A stretch of DNA of 63,404 nucleotides, counting the filler, from Scyliorhinus canicula (taxonomy: Eukaryota), in NCBI RefSeq assembly GCF_902713615.1. It is 4 parts of 4 records of this genome, joined end to end, with 100 filler letters (N's around TTAATTAATTAA, not from the genome) between each part and the next. Parts side by side here need not be neighbours in the genome. Positions count along the whole stretch, not along the records: positions 1 to 30,026 come from NW_024056014.1; 3 more parts are not named here. One strand, written 5' to 3'. This document shows, piece by piece, positions 12,430 through 25,827 of this stretch. The position numbers and the translations under genes were made by a program. The notes below the pieces were generated by a model, which saw only the letters and a list, made by a program, of their open reading frames with translations, ran no database searches and was not told where the DNA came from. Positions within the stretch are counted from its first letter, which is position 1, and every line of letters begins with the position of its first letter.

Positions 12430-12650
12430 TGGAAATAACATATAAAGTACTGGATCGTGAACTTAAATATTTCTCACAGATTTGTTTCGAATCACTAGTT
12501 TTTGTAGCACAGCGCCTTCTTCATGTGAAGCCTGAGGAATGAGCTGCTCTCCGAAAGCTAGTGATTCGAAACAAACCTGTTGGACTTTGACCTGGTGTTG
12601 TGAGACTTCTTATTCTGCTCACCACAGTCCAACGCCGGCATCTCCAGATC
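12430..12650. mobile_element. Two head-to-head Penelope-like element termini with degenerate hammerhead motifs
   Basis: CTGAGGA..GAAAGCTAGTGATTCGAAACAAAC on plus, with its inverted copy immediately upstream. Confidence 0.6.
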
Positions 12651-14869
12651 ATAAATATTTATCATCTTATATAGTCGCATTGAGAACACAGGATTTTAAG
12701 AAAGTAACTCCTCAGGTGAAATATCATGTAAAATTTGCATTTCGTGAGCGTTTGAAAGAAAATATCGTTGCATTTTCATTCATAGCATTTTTATTGCCCA
12801 TCCCTAATTCCCCTTGGGACGGTAATATTGAGCTTCCTTCATGAACTAGCTGCGCATGAGGTGTAGGTACACTGACAGTGCTGTTGGGGAGGTAGTACCT
12901 GGACATGGCCCCAACAACGTATTTCCCAGTCAGGATGATTTGAGGATTGGAGCGAAATGTGCAGGCGTTGGTGTTTCAATGTGTGTGCTTCCCTTTCTTC
13001 TGCGATACCAATTATGTTTGATATAACACCGTGCTATGCCAACTATTACTGCAAAAGACAGTGCCTCTGTTTGTAATCCACTGTCCGATATACATATTCA
13101 ACATCTATGCAGTACTGACATTGGAGATAGGTCATAAAGAAGCTAATGACAATGCAAAACCTCCAGATTTCATTTATTCTTCCATGCCACATGTTTTCTA
13201 AGCTGAGTGAAAGCTGTAATGCCACTACACACGACAAATGCATTTTACACATGACTGGTCTTAAGTTTTTGTCAATGTGCATTCTCCCTGCATATCACCC
13301 TGGGAGCTTTGAATCCGTTACCCGCTCTCTGTTGAACAGAGGAGTCCAGGTGGCTTCAGCTTAGATGTAAGGTAGTCACACGTTTGATTGTGTCTAGTTC
13401 TGGAAATCAATTCTGTCGTGCTGCTGCAGGACTGTTGTCAGAGGAAATAGACGTGGCTGTGCAAAGTGCCTTCAACCATTCATTGGAATCAAGTAGACCT
13501 GAACATTGACTTTTGTGAGAAGATAATTGGATTAATTTAAAAGGGAATAGTATCTACTGCAGCGGCGCGTATAGTGTTCTAAATTCAAAATTACACAAAT
13601 AAAACAGTAGTTCCCCTGGAATGGGTGGAGGAAGGCTTAATGGGAGAGAATAAAGGTGGCATAATTATTGTTATTGCAATTCTACCGCTTGCAATGAGGG
13701 GTCAGTGGAAGGCTAGTTGATTTGTGCTGATTGATCATGAGACAAGAGTTGAGCACTTAATATTTGCTCTCTAAACATGAGAGGGAATAAAGAGGAATAA
13801 TGTAATTAGTGAAAATAGCACGTTGAAAGAAGATCAAAGTGCAATGGTTGATCCAGTGATTGTGAACATTGGTCGTATTTTAGGAGATGGAGTTCGGACC
13901 TGGGAAGGTGTGGAAGACTGAAGTTTAATACAATTGTAACCTCTTTTTCCAGTTCCAGGTGAGACAGGAAACTGCATTTGAGTCATAATCATACTTGTAA
14001 GAAAGGTGGGGAAATGGCTTGATTTGGCCTTGAGTAAGAAACATTATACATATCCTAGAGAAACCCAGACTTTGCTGGGGCAAATGAATTTAAAAACGTT
14101 TATGTCTCCTTAGTTGAATGAAGTGAGAGACGTTGAAAGAGCAATTATTCAATTTACGAGCAAAGTGACATAGGTAGATGATGATCTGACGGTCAGAGAC
14201 AGGTCAGAACATCACTAGAAAAAAATAACGGTCTATCCTGGTAGGTGATGTCCATGTTGACCATCTAGGGTTGAGGGCCAGAAAACTTGACACTGTCCAT
14301 AGTGGGGCCAGCATTAGATGAGGCACGAACGGAGGTGGGAAGAGGATGAATTAGACGTTTCAAACATTCAAGCACACTGTACAATACCTGTACAAATAGA
14401 ATGAAATATAAAGAAAACATCTGGTGCGGCCATAGTAATACTGGGTTCAGGTAGTCATATGGACAGTGACTGGAGATTTACTGAACTATAACTTCCAGAC
14501 CAAATACCAAAACAAAAAACAGTGATGCGTAAACCTCAGTAAAAAACAAATATTCTGGGAGCTTGTCGCCGGGCCCCTCGCACCTGAGTACGAGATACTA
14601 AGAGACCCGCTCTTAATTTTCTTTTTTTTCTGGTTTATTTCAAGTCAACCAATAATTCAGCGAAGTTGCCCAGCCCATTATGACAATAAATGTGTTGAGC
14701 TGCACCTTCCGCTGCACTCATTCTGAATTGAATCTCGTCGACTGAAAGTATAAATTTGCTTGTTGGAGTAAAGTTATTGGCGTTGTCACAGTGAACATAA
14801 TCGTTTTCATATGTCTTCACTACACTGAACCTTGCTGAAGTAGATCTGCTCGCGCGTATGGGAAGTTTT

Positions 14870-17800
14870 CTTTATTCATTTGCGGGATGTGGGAGTCGCT
14901 GGTTAGGCCAGCATTTATTGCCCATCCCTAGTTGCCCTTCAGAAGGCGGTGGTGAGTTGCCTTATTGAACCGCTGCTGTTCTTAAAGTACAGGTACACCC
15001 ACTGTGCTGTTAGGGAGGGAGTTTCAGGATGTTGCCTCAGCGACAGTGAAGGAGTGGCAATATATTTCCAAGTCAGGGTAGTGAGGAATTTGTAGGGATA
15101 TTCCTGGTGGTGGGGTCCCCAGGTATCTGCGCTCTTGTCCTTCTAGGTGATAGTGGTCGTGGGTTTGGAAGGTGTTGTCTAAGGAACCTTGGTAAGTTGC
15201 TGCAGTGCATCGTGTAGATGGTACACACGGCTGCCACTGTTTGTCGGTGTGGGGGGTTTGAATCTTTGGAAGGGAACAATCAAACGGTCTGCTTTGTCCT
15301 GAATGGTGTCAAGCTGATTGAGTGATGCTGGAGTTGCACTCATCTAGGCAAGCGGAGAGTATTCCATTTCACTTCTGGCGTGTGCCTTGCAGATGGTGGA
15401 CAGGCTTTGGGGGTGGGGTGGGGTGTTAAGAGATCAGTTACTCACCGTAGGACTCCGAGTCTTTGACCTGTCCTGGTACACACAGTATTAATGTAGCTAG
15501 TTCAGTTCAGGTTCTGATCAATGGTAACCCCCAGGATATTGATTGAGGTGGATTCAGCGGTGGTAATGCCATCGAATGTCATGGTGCAGTGCTTAGATAC
15601 TCTCTTGGAGAACATGGTCATTGCCTGGCACTTGTGTGCGCAAAGATAACTTGCCACTTGTCAGCCCAAGCCTGGATATTTTTACGGTCTTGCTACATTT
15701 GGGCATAGACTGCTTCATTATCTGAGGAGTCACGAATGGTGCTGAACATTGTGCAGTCATCCGCAAACATCCCCATCTCTGGAAGGGAGATAATTTATGA
15801 AACAGCTGATAGTTGGGCCCAGGGCACTACCCTGAGGAACTCCAGGCGGTGGAGTTCCCGGGTATCTGATGCACTTCTCCTTCGAGATACTAGTGGTCGT
15901 GCATTTGGAAGGTGTTGTCAATGAACCTTGGTGAGTCCCTGCAGTGCATCTTGCAGATGGTACACACGGCTGCCACTGTTCGTCGCTGGTGAGGGGCTTG
16001 AATATTTGTGGAAGTGGAAGCAATCACGCAGGCTCCTTTGTCCTACACGGTATCGAGTGATGACCTGGAAATTAGCTTATTGACCTCCAACCACCACAAC
16101 CATCTTCCTTTGTGCCAGGTTTGACTTCAACCAGCGAAGACACACACCGCCACCCCCCCCCCCCCCCCCGATTCCCATTGACTCCAGTTTTGCTATGGTT
16201 CCTTGATGCCATACTCGGTCAAATACTGCCTTGATGTCAAGGGCAGTCATTCTCCCCTCACCTCTCGCATTCAGCTCTTTTGACCATATTTCAACCAAGG
16301 CTGTAATGAGGTCAGAAGCTGAGTGACCCTGGGGGAACCCAAACTGAGCCTCCCTGAGCAGGCAATTGCTGGGTAAGTACTGCTTGATAGCGCTGTTGAT
16401 GACTCCTTCCATCACTTTGCTGATGCTGGAGAGTAGTCTGATAGGGTGGTAATTGGGTGGATAGGGTTTGTCCTGTTTCTTGTTCACAACACACACGGGC
16501 AACTTTCTACATTACTGGGTAGTTGCAGGCTTACAGTTGTACTTGAACAGCTTGGGGGTGCGGCACGTTCTGGAGCACAAGTCTTCAGTACTATTGCCGG
16601 AATATTGTCGGGGCCCATAGCCTTTGCAGTGTCCAGTGCCGTCAGCCATTTTTTCGTATTGGCTGAAGACTGACATCTGTCATGCTGGGGACATGGACAT
16701 AGACATAGACGTAGAATTTACAATGCAGAAGGAGGCCATTTGGCCCATCGAGTCTGCACCGACGCTTCGAAAGGGAACCCTACTTGAGCTCAGACTTCAC
16801 CCTACCTATCCCCGTAATCCTCCGAATCTTTTTTGACACTAAGGGCAATTTAGCATGGCCAATCCACCTAACCTGCACATTTTTGTACTGTGGGAGGAAA
16901 CTGGAGCACGCGCAGAAACCCACGCAGACATGGAGAGAACATGCAGACTCTTCACAGACAGTGACGCATGCCAGGAATCGAACATGGGACACTGGAGCTG
17001 TGAAGCCGCAGTTCTAACCATTGAGATACCTTGCCGCCCCTTCATACCTCCGGAAGAGACTGAGATCGATCATCTACTCGGCACGTCTGGCTGAAAATTG
17101 TTGCGACTGCCTCGGACTTTGTATTTTGCACATATGTGCTGGGCTCCTCCATCATTGAGGATGAGGGTATTTGTGGAGTCTCCTCCTCAAGTAGTTGTTT
17201 AATTGTCCACCATCTTTCACGGCTGGATGTGGCAGGTTTACAGAGCTTAGATCTGATGTGTTCATTGTGAAATCGCTTATCTCTCTCTATTACTTGCTGC
17301 TTATGATGTTTGGCACACAAGTCGTCCTGTGTTGTAGCTTCATCGGGTAGACACCTCATTTTTTGGTATGCCTAGTGCAGCTCCTGGCATGCCCTCCTGC
17401 ACTCTTCATTGAACCAGAGATGATTCCCTGGCTTGGCGTTAATGGTAGAGTGGGGATATGCCGCACCATGTTTGTGGTTGCAGTTTGTGGTTGAGTACAA
17501 TTCTGCTGCTGCTGATGGCCCACAGTGCCCCATGGATGGCCAGTCTTGAGTTGCCAGATCAGTTCGAAGTCTTGGGCTGCACAGTAGCACAGTGATTTGC
17601 ACTGCTGCCTCACAGCTCCAGGGTCCTAGGTTCAATTCCAGCATCAGGTTACTACCTGTCTGGAGTTTGAATTTTCTCCCCATGTATGAGCAGGTTTCCT
17701 CTGGGTCCTCTGTTTCCCTGCCACTGTCCAAAGAACTGCAAGTTCGGTGGATTGGCCATGCTAAATTGCCCCTTAGTGTCCAAGCATTGGCTGGGGTTAC

Positions 17801-18140
17801 TGGGTTACGGGGATCGGGTGGAGGTGAAGGCTGAAGAGAGGTGCTCTTTCCAAAGGCCTGTGCAGAATCGATGGGTAGCATTGCCTCCTTCTGCACTGTA
17901 AATTCTCTGATTCTATGGTTGTATCCCATTTAGCACGGTGCTAGTGCCACACAACCCGATAGAGGCCATCCTCAATGTGTAGACACGACTTTGTCCACAC
18001 AAGGACTGTGCGATGGTCACTTCTGACGAAACTGCCATGCACCGATATACCTGCAGCAGGCAGATTGGTGAGGATGAGGCCGAGTATGTTTTTCCCTCTT
18101 GTTCCTTCCCTCCCCACCTGCTGCAGTCCCAGTCTTGCAG
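14870..18140 (-). mobile_element. Nested degenerate non-LTR retrotransposon fragments interrupted by SINEs
   Basis: NYHPIRLLSSISKVME, AQFGF, LDIKAVFDRVWHQG and GVPQGSALGP RT motifs; recurring LINE 3' end sequence. Confidence 0.8.
16690..17035 (-). mobile_element. V-SINE (HE1-like); other copies near 8890, 17570, 18145, 19600, 21715, 22652, 33920, 55512, 56020, 59063 and 61945
   Basis: tRNA-like head, central CTCCCCGTGTCTGCGTGGGTTTCCTCC domain, GGATTGGCCATGCTAAATTGCCCCTTAG block and short-repeat tail. Confidence 0.8.
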
Positions 18141-19799
18141 GTATAGAATCATAGAATCATAGAATCATAGAATTTACAGTCAGAAGGAGGCCATTCGGCC
18201 CATCGAGTCTGCACCGGCCCTTTGAAAGGGCACCGTATTTAAGCCCCCGCCTCAACTCCATCCCCATAACCCAGTAACCCCACCTAACGTTTTTGGACAC
18301 TAAGGGCAATTTATCCTGGCGAATCCACCTAACCTGCACATCTTTGGAATGTGGGAATGTGAAAACTCGGAAGAATATGACATTTGAAACATGAAAGTGA
18401 CACTGAGAGTGCCTGAGGCTTTATGAATCAAAGGGAGATGTCCCACAAGGGGTTAAAGGAAGCAGCCTGTTTTGAAAACAGACAACTTCACAGACAGGAA
18501 AGAAAACAGATAGGAGCTTTATTATAATCTATAAATTAGAAACGTCCTTTGACTGACTTAAACTCTCAAACGTTATGTGAAAGGAAACAGTATTTCACAA
18601 ATCTTTAAGCAATGGATTTTATTGAAGAATTAAGGAAGGCAGCCAGAATCTAAAGTGTAAAGATAAGGAACAACTGCCAAGTATGGAAAGATGCTGATAC
18701 CGGTAATAAAGTGAAACAACTGATTTACAAATTAAGAAAATTAAAAGGTGACAAGGCCATACTATAGCTTATATCATTTTGAAGTTAAAACCTTGTAGAA
18801 GATTAACAAGGCAGATAAAATTAGAGTCAGAAGGGATAACCCAAACATGACATTAGCTTAACCCAAAAATGACCCGGGTCGAATCTGAGAAAGCTCATTA
18901 AAAAAGACATAAATCCAAAAAAGGGCTAACTAAGACACAAACAAATTAATTACACGTCAAGCAAAGCGAGAAAGGTACAGTCAGGAATGGCGAGCTGGTG
19001 AGGAGGAAGCTGCGCTGTCTCGATTAAAGTAGCGCCACGCTACTTTAAAACTTAGCTTTCAAACTGTCAAGCAGGCCGTCTGAAGGGTGCCAGGTGGAGA
19101 GGTTAAGGGGCCCCAAATTACTATAAAAACTGGAGAAAATGAACGGACAGTTGAATCTTCCTCGGTGATGGGACGAGCACCCTCGACAGACCGAGCAGCC
19201 CAGAGAAGTGAACAGAAGACCAAAAGTTAAAGAAAACTGATTGTCAAGAGAGACTTGAAGGTCTGCAACTTGTCCGAACAAGATAAGATCTTTTTAACTT
19301 TCTGTAAAAGTAATTATTATCTTTTAACTTGAAAATAAAGTTAAGCTCAAATTGATAACCTGAAAGAGTGGTTATAATTATTTTCTTTAAAAAGTTTACT
19401 TTACTTCACTTAGCAAGCTGGACCCGCGTGTAAGTTACTAAGTGGTAAGTAAATAAAATTCTTCTCCGAAGATACGCGTTATACCGGGGGATAGCTTGAA
19501 ACGCTAGTTTGACCTGAATAGCACGCGCCAAAGTCTGTGTAGGAGTCAGTGAGTGAGAATCCCTGCTCACCATCTAGAATAAATCAACCCTTGTTGGTAT
19601 AGGGGGAAGTCTAAGGATAGTGGTGAGGTTAAAACTACAGAGGAAACCGGAGCACCCGGAGGAACCCCACGCACACACGGGAGAGCGTGCAGGCTCTACA
19701 CAGGCAGTGACCCAAGCCGGGAATCGAACCAGGACCCTGGAGCTGTGAAGCAACTGTGCTAACCACTGTGCTACCGTGCTGCCCACAATGTCCTTTAGG

Positions 19800-20220
19800 A
19801 CCCTGCCAGCTCAGTCTGCTGTGGTACTACTCAGCCATTCTTGGTGATCGACATTGAAGTCCCCGACCCAGATCATATTCTGCGCCATTGCTACCCTCAG
19901 TGTTTCCTGCAAGTGGCACTCATCATAGAGGAGTACTGATTCATCAGCCGATACTTCGTAATTAGCAGGAGGTTTCCTTGCCCAGTTTAAGCTGTCGCTA
20001 ATAGCCTTCATGTGGCCTAGAATCGATGTTGAGGACTCCCAGGGCAGCATTCTCCCGACTGTAAACCACTGTTCGGCACTTCTGCTGGGTCTGTCCTGCT
20101 GGTGAGGCAGGACATACCCAGTACGGATAGATCTGGTGATATTGAACGGATGCAGGCCAGTTTTAGTATGTACACGCGGATTGTAACCAAACTGCTGACA
20201 TTCCATTGAGCAGGACTTGT
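19800..20220 (-). mobile_element. LINE apurinic-endonuclease fragment
   Basis: IWVGDFNVDHQEWL APE motif. Confidence 0.7.
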
Positions 20221-20584
20221 CAATACCTAACGCATCAATGTAAAATTGGATATTTTCGCTCTGAAATTAAGTATGATGATGTCCACAAATTTCTGGGCAA
20301 CCGGAGCTTTACCTCCTGAATGTAAAGGCAATAACCTGGGAAAGTTCACACGGAATATATTCATGAAGACGTGAAACTGTGCATCCATGGTCTAGCCACA
20401 CCAATCTGGGCCTGTCGATATTGAATAGATTTAGATTTATTGTCACGTGTACAAAGGTGCAGTGAAAGGAGAGTTCTGCACATAGTCTAGGCAGATAATT
20501 ACATACATGAAAAACTAGTTTCATCCAGAATATAATAAATACACTATGTAAATACGTGGCCATAGACATCGGGTGAAGCATATA

Positions 20585-20915
20585 GAACATAGAACAGTAC
20601 AGGCCCTTCGGCCCTCAATGTTGTGCCAAGCCATGATCACCCTACTCAAACCCACGTATCCACCCTATACCCATAACCCAACAACCCCCCCCTTAACCTT
20701 ACTTTTATTAGGACACTACGGGCAATTTAGCATGGCCAATCCACCTAACCCGCACATCTTTGGACTGTGGGAGGAAACCGGAGCACCCGGAGGAAACCCA
20801 CGCACACAGGGGGAAGATGTGCAGACTCCACACAGACAGTGACCCAGCCGGGAATCGAACCTGGGACCCTGGAGCTGTGAAGCATTTATGCTAACCACCA
20901 TGCTACCCTGCTGCC
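20585..20915 (-). mobile_element. V-SINE, young full-length copy
   Basis: Nearly identical to the copies at 56020-56356 and 59063-59448. Confidence 0.85.
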
Positions 20916-21316
20916 CATATGGAAGCATATGTTTTCGAATATACAAACGGATGGGTAAAATTTGGGCTCTTCTATGTGAGAGATTTGGAACCAAGTTACA
21001 GCTTTTGAATTGATCTGGATTTTGAACTTTTTGTGTGTTTTGCTCGGAATATTTGCATCTCTGAGCTCAGTTAGAAGTGGACAGCAGTTATTTGTCCTGA
21101 CACCAATATCCAGGCAGTTATTGTTTAAGACCAGGATGCTCGTCGAATTTCTGGCTATTTCCAATTAGGGGATTGTGTGATTTCATTTTTTTAAAAACAC
21201 ATTGCATTCCATAAAAAGATAAGCATCAATGGGTAGCAGCTGCACTGAGTCGTTTGTCACAATAAATGCTAATAATGTGTTTTAAAAAACAATCTAATCA
21301 ATTCCCTGGAGCCGCC

Positions 21317-21333
21317 TATAAATCACCTATAAA
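21317..21333 (+). promoter_or_regulatory. Tandem TATA boxes upstream of the GPCR
   Basis: TATAAA at 21317 and 21328, 51-67 bp before the ATG. Confidence 0.55.
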
Positions 21334-21383
21334 TGTTGCATTGTCTTGTGTCATGCAGAACGCACCCAGAGCTCCTGGTAGAA

Positions 21384-21453
21384 ATGCATGTACCACCAAA
21401 AGGTCTGGTGTTTGCCATTTATTATCCTGTCCTTGCAGTTATCGGGGTTCCAG
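21384..21453 (+). CDS. GPR139/GPR142-like GPCR, exon 1
   Basis: MHVPPKGLVFAIYYPVLAVIGVP + G/gtaaag phase-1 donor; supplies the first part of TM1. Confidence 0.85.
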
Positions 21454-24140
21454 GTAAAGTATTGTAGTTTTAATTTTGTTATCATATAAATTACTTATTC
21501 GGCTGCACGATTTTCGAATTGTATCAGCAGCGTTTCCCCACGATTCAGTTTTCGTTTCTACGATTTCCTATCATACATTTAAACGTATGCATTCTTCCAG
21601 TCCACTGACAATTTTTCCTCTTTGATAGGATCATTTGATCAATTTTGACGTGATGATTTCATATTAATGGTATAATAACTTGCATCTAATGGCGCAGTTT
21701 CTTGGACCTAACGGTGAACTATAGAATTTACTGTGCAGTAGAGGGCCATCCGGGCCACCCAGTCTGCACAGGCCCTTGGAAAGAGCACCCGAATTAAGCT
21801 CACGCCTCCACTCTACCCGTAACCCAGTAACCCCACCAAAACTTTTCGGACACTCACTGGGCTAAATAGCTGGCTTTGAAAGCAGACAAAGGCAAGCCAG
21901 CAGAACGGTTCGATTCCCGTAACAGCCTCCCCGAACACGCGCCGGAATGTGGCGACTAGGGGCTTTTCACAGTAGCTTCATTTGAAGCCTGCTCGTGACA
22001 ATGAGCTATTTTATTTCATTTTTCAATTTAGCATGGCCAATCCAACTAACCTGCGCATCTTTGGACTGTGAGAGGAAAATGGACCACCCGAAAGAAATGT
22101 ACGCAGACACGGGGAGAAAGTGCAAATTCCACGCAGTCACCCGAGGCTGGAATTGAACCCGTGTCCCTAGAACTGTGAGGCAGCACTGCCAACCACTGTG
22201 CCACCGTGCCGCCCCTTAACAGGGTCTTTTCACCCCTTAAATGGAAGAGCGTTGTCAAATTATAATGTAACTCCTTCAACTGCGTGTTTTTATCTATGAT
22301 CTGTACCATGTTTTCGCTTCTGCTGCACCAGCGCCCCCCCCCTCCCCCCTGCCGCAACACTACATCCACCAGTCCAATTTACCGCTGCTATCTCAAGTTG
22401 GAAACGCAGTTATATTGTGTTCTTGAAATGCTATTATCGGAGGATTAACACAAAGTTATTATGTTGTAAATGTAGTTCGGTACTGCACTGACACAGCGTT
22501 CATCTGAATTTTCACTCAAATACCACAGCACAAATACAATTCAGTGGTGTTATTCGAATGGTGTTATTGAAGAATGACATGGTCATTCCAGTGCAAATGG
22601 TGTTAACGCTCCTATTGTAGTGCGTGAATTATCACATTGATACTCAGTGTGGGTGGCACGGGTAGCACAGTGGTTAGCACTGTTGCTTCCCTGCGCCAGG
22701 GGCCCGGGTTCGATTCACGGCTTGGGTCACTGTCTGTGTGGCGTCTGCATGTTCTCCCCATGTCTGCGTGGGTTTTCTCTGGGTGCGCCTCCCACTGTCA
22801 AAAGATGTGCGTGTTAGGTCACGCTAAAATGCGCCATAGTGTCCAAACATTAGGTGGGGTTACTGTTGAGGTGTGGGTTTAGGTCAGGTTGCTTTTCAGG
22901 GGTCGGCGTAGACTCGATGGCCACCTTTTGTATGAAAAAGTGAAAACTGCTTATTGTCACAAGCAGGCTTCAAATGAAGTTACTGTGAAAAGTCCTAGTC
23001 GCCGCATTCCGGCGCCTGTTCGGGGAGGCTGGTACGGGAATTGAACTGTGCTGCTGGCCTGCCGTAGTCTGCTTTCAAAGCTAGCTATTTGGCGCTGCGC
23101 TAAACCAGCCTCTGTCCTGTAAATTGTATGATTCTCAGTTATGAGGGTGTAATGTTAGAAATTTTGAGTTGCTGACATTGACAGTGATGGATTGATTCGT
23201 ATAAACGATCCAATATTTGAACAGATGGAATCATTGGTAATTTGCTGACTAACACAATAGAGCATGTTATTGAACAGACTTTATATGGCTTTATTTCAGT
23301 TTTTTGACAGAGGTGCGGGAATGTCAAATTTCAAAGGTGGCGATTTGGTGAAAGATGTCCCTAATTAACAGGGTACAGGGTGCTTTTTCCCTAGTCTCGA
23401 ACATTTACTGAACAAGCGGGCACTTCTCTCCATTACTTTTTTCACTGTGTTCTCTATGTTTACTGAGGCCCTATAACAGGCGGCATTTTTTGCATCAAAT
23501 GCAAATACTGCTGAGGTCAAATATCCCCTGCAGGTCATATTTGCTCACTGGTCCCCACAATGAGTGTAGCAACCTATCCATTTGTGACTTCGTCGGTAAT
23601 TACCAGATAATAGTCGACCGTAGGACTGCATCCTCTCAAACTTCCTTCTGGAAATTCAGAGAAACACCGATTTTCCATTCCCTATTGGATTGAAGATGGT
23701 TTTGGAGAAATTGACTGCAGGTGTTTCCAACAGTGAATAATTTAACCATAATTGATCAGATGGCACAACTTCTGAAATCGAGATAGCAGAATCTTTCCCG
23801 TTGAATTTTACAATGATCTCTTATGATTTCCTATTCAGTCTGTTCGATAATAGTTTGCTGACTACGCCTATGGCTGCTTTGATGGGATTTCGACGTATTA
23901 TTTTTCTCCATTATATTTCATTGTATTGTTATACAGTCCTATTTTGCTGTTTCAGCTTTCTTTTAAGTTCTGTGATTATTTTAGTGGAATCGGAAATACG
24001 GGATCACGTCGCAAACGTTTAAATTTCATGCACAATCTTGCTAAAGCGTAATTTTTTTCGAAGACGGGAAGACGACATGTTTTCTCTCGTGTTGTCTCAC
24101 ACATTCTCCGTTTCTTTTTCTCTCTTTGTTTCCATTACAG

Positions 24141-25051
24141 CTAATTTGGCAGTGATTGTGATCCTATATCGAAGAAGCTGTGGCCTCTCCACATGTATAG
24201 CTTACTACGTGGTGTCCATGGCGGTGACGGATCTCTTGGTCATTATCACAAGCGTGATATTAAGCCGGATTGCTGGTATTTATTTCCCAGGCAGTTTCCT
24301 GTCAATCACACCAATATGCAGTCTGCATGTTGCGATAATCTACGCAACAATTGACAGTTCTGCCTGGTTAACGGTTGCTTTCACCTTTGACCGATTTGTG
24401 GCCATTTGCTGCCAGAAGCTAAAAATAAAGTACTGCACGGAGAAGACAGCGGCATGGGTCATTGGGACTGTCTGCACATTGAGCTCCCTGAAAACTTCCT
24501 TTCTGTATTTTATTTATGAACCGTTGTACATAATTAATAACATTCCCTGGTTCTGCGTTATAAAACAATTATTTTACACATCTCCCGTATGGGATGCGTA
24601 CGATTTGTTTCGAACAATTTCAATGCCCTGTATCCCATTCATTCTGATTTTATTCTTCAATGTTCTGACTGTCAGACACATTCTAGCAGCCAATAGGGCC
24701 CGCAGGAGACTCCGGGCCCAGAGTAATGGAGAGAATCAGAGTGATCCAGAGATGGAGAAGCGAAGAAAGTCAATTGTTTTACTCTTTGCCATCTCAGGCA
24801 GTTTCATTCTCTTATATTCGTTATTTTTTGTCACGATCCTTTATGTCCGAATTGCAAAAGTTCCTTATTTCTCAGTTCCTGATATTAGTGAATCTTCATT
24901 TATCTTGGAGGAAAGTGGATATATGCTTCAGTTTTTGAGTTCTTGCATCAACCCTTTTATTTATGCAGGGACACAGAGCAATTTCAGAGCCGAGTTAAAG
25001 AATGCGGTGAATTATCCACTGAGATTATGCGTTAAATTGTTTAATATTTGA
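24141..25051 (+). CDS. GPR139/GPR142-like class A GPCR, exon 2 (spliced product 326 aa)
   Basis: Polypyrimidine tract + ag acceptor in matching phase; ANLAVIVIL, MAVTDLL, FTFDRFVAIC, ECL2 Cys, NPFIY; no stops. Confidence 0.92.
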
Positions 25052-25243
25052 TTATATATATATTGGAAAATGCATTTTTCATTAAACTCCAACAATTTCT
25101 CGAATTCTCAGTGCCTCACAAAGACTCCCTTCCCAGGTGCTCTTGTTCAGAGACATGTACACAATATGCCAATATAAGAATGCATCACCGGGAAAAAAAA
25201 AATCTCGTTTTGTAAACTGGATAATTTTCTTTGCAATGCACGT

Positions 25244-25310
25244 TCCCTGATGCCGTGTGGATCTAGTGGTCAGGATTCAGCTGCCTCACAACTTCTACCC
25301 CATTTCGATT
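25244..25310 (+). pseudogene. Degenerate tRNA-Glu-like relic (a similar relic lies near 10610-10670)
   Basis: TCCCTG..TCTAGTGGTCAGGATTCAGC..CTCAC..TTCGATT resembles tRNA-Glu. Confidence 0.4.
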
Positions 25311-25827
25311 AATATAATCAACTAATAGCGACGATTTCCATTTTCTCCTAATATAATGTTGTGACTGAAGGGAAATGCAAAAAGGTCCCACAATCGGTGG
25401 CGTGAGAGTTGAACATATGAACAAGGAGTAGGAGTAGCCTAATCAGCCTATACAACGCGATCCGCCATTTAATAAGATCATGGCTGATCTGATAGAAACC
25501 GCAAACCTGGACTTCGCCTTAACCCATCACCCACTTGTTTACCAATAATCGATCCACCCCGCCTTTAAAATGTTGAAAGACTTTGCCTTCGTCGCCTAAT
25601 CAGAGAGTTTTAAACACTACACGCCCCTGCGAGCGAAAAAAATCGCCTCATATCCGTTGCACATGGGTGACACCTTGCACCTTAGCAGTGACCCTTTCCC
25701 GCCCCCACGCGCACCCACCGACCCAAGCCTACGCATTCCACATTTAACCTGTCAGGACCCCGAAGGATATAGTACGTCACAATCAAATCCCCTCTACCCT
25801 TCTAAATTCCCTGGCATTCCCAGGCAT

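Noticed and set aside
13400-14560. Possible decayed retroviral pol (VDDDL, TLLGQMN)
   Set aside because: Motifs are out of order, there are many stops, and nothing can be supported without a search
18350-19590. Possible long solo LTR
   Set aside because: Several AATAAA sites, but no clear TG..CA ends or target-site duplication
24038-24140. 5' part of the 337-aa ORF as the GPCR N-terminus
   Set aside because: It is the intron polypyrimidine tract read in frame; the true TM1 start is in exon 1 at 21384
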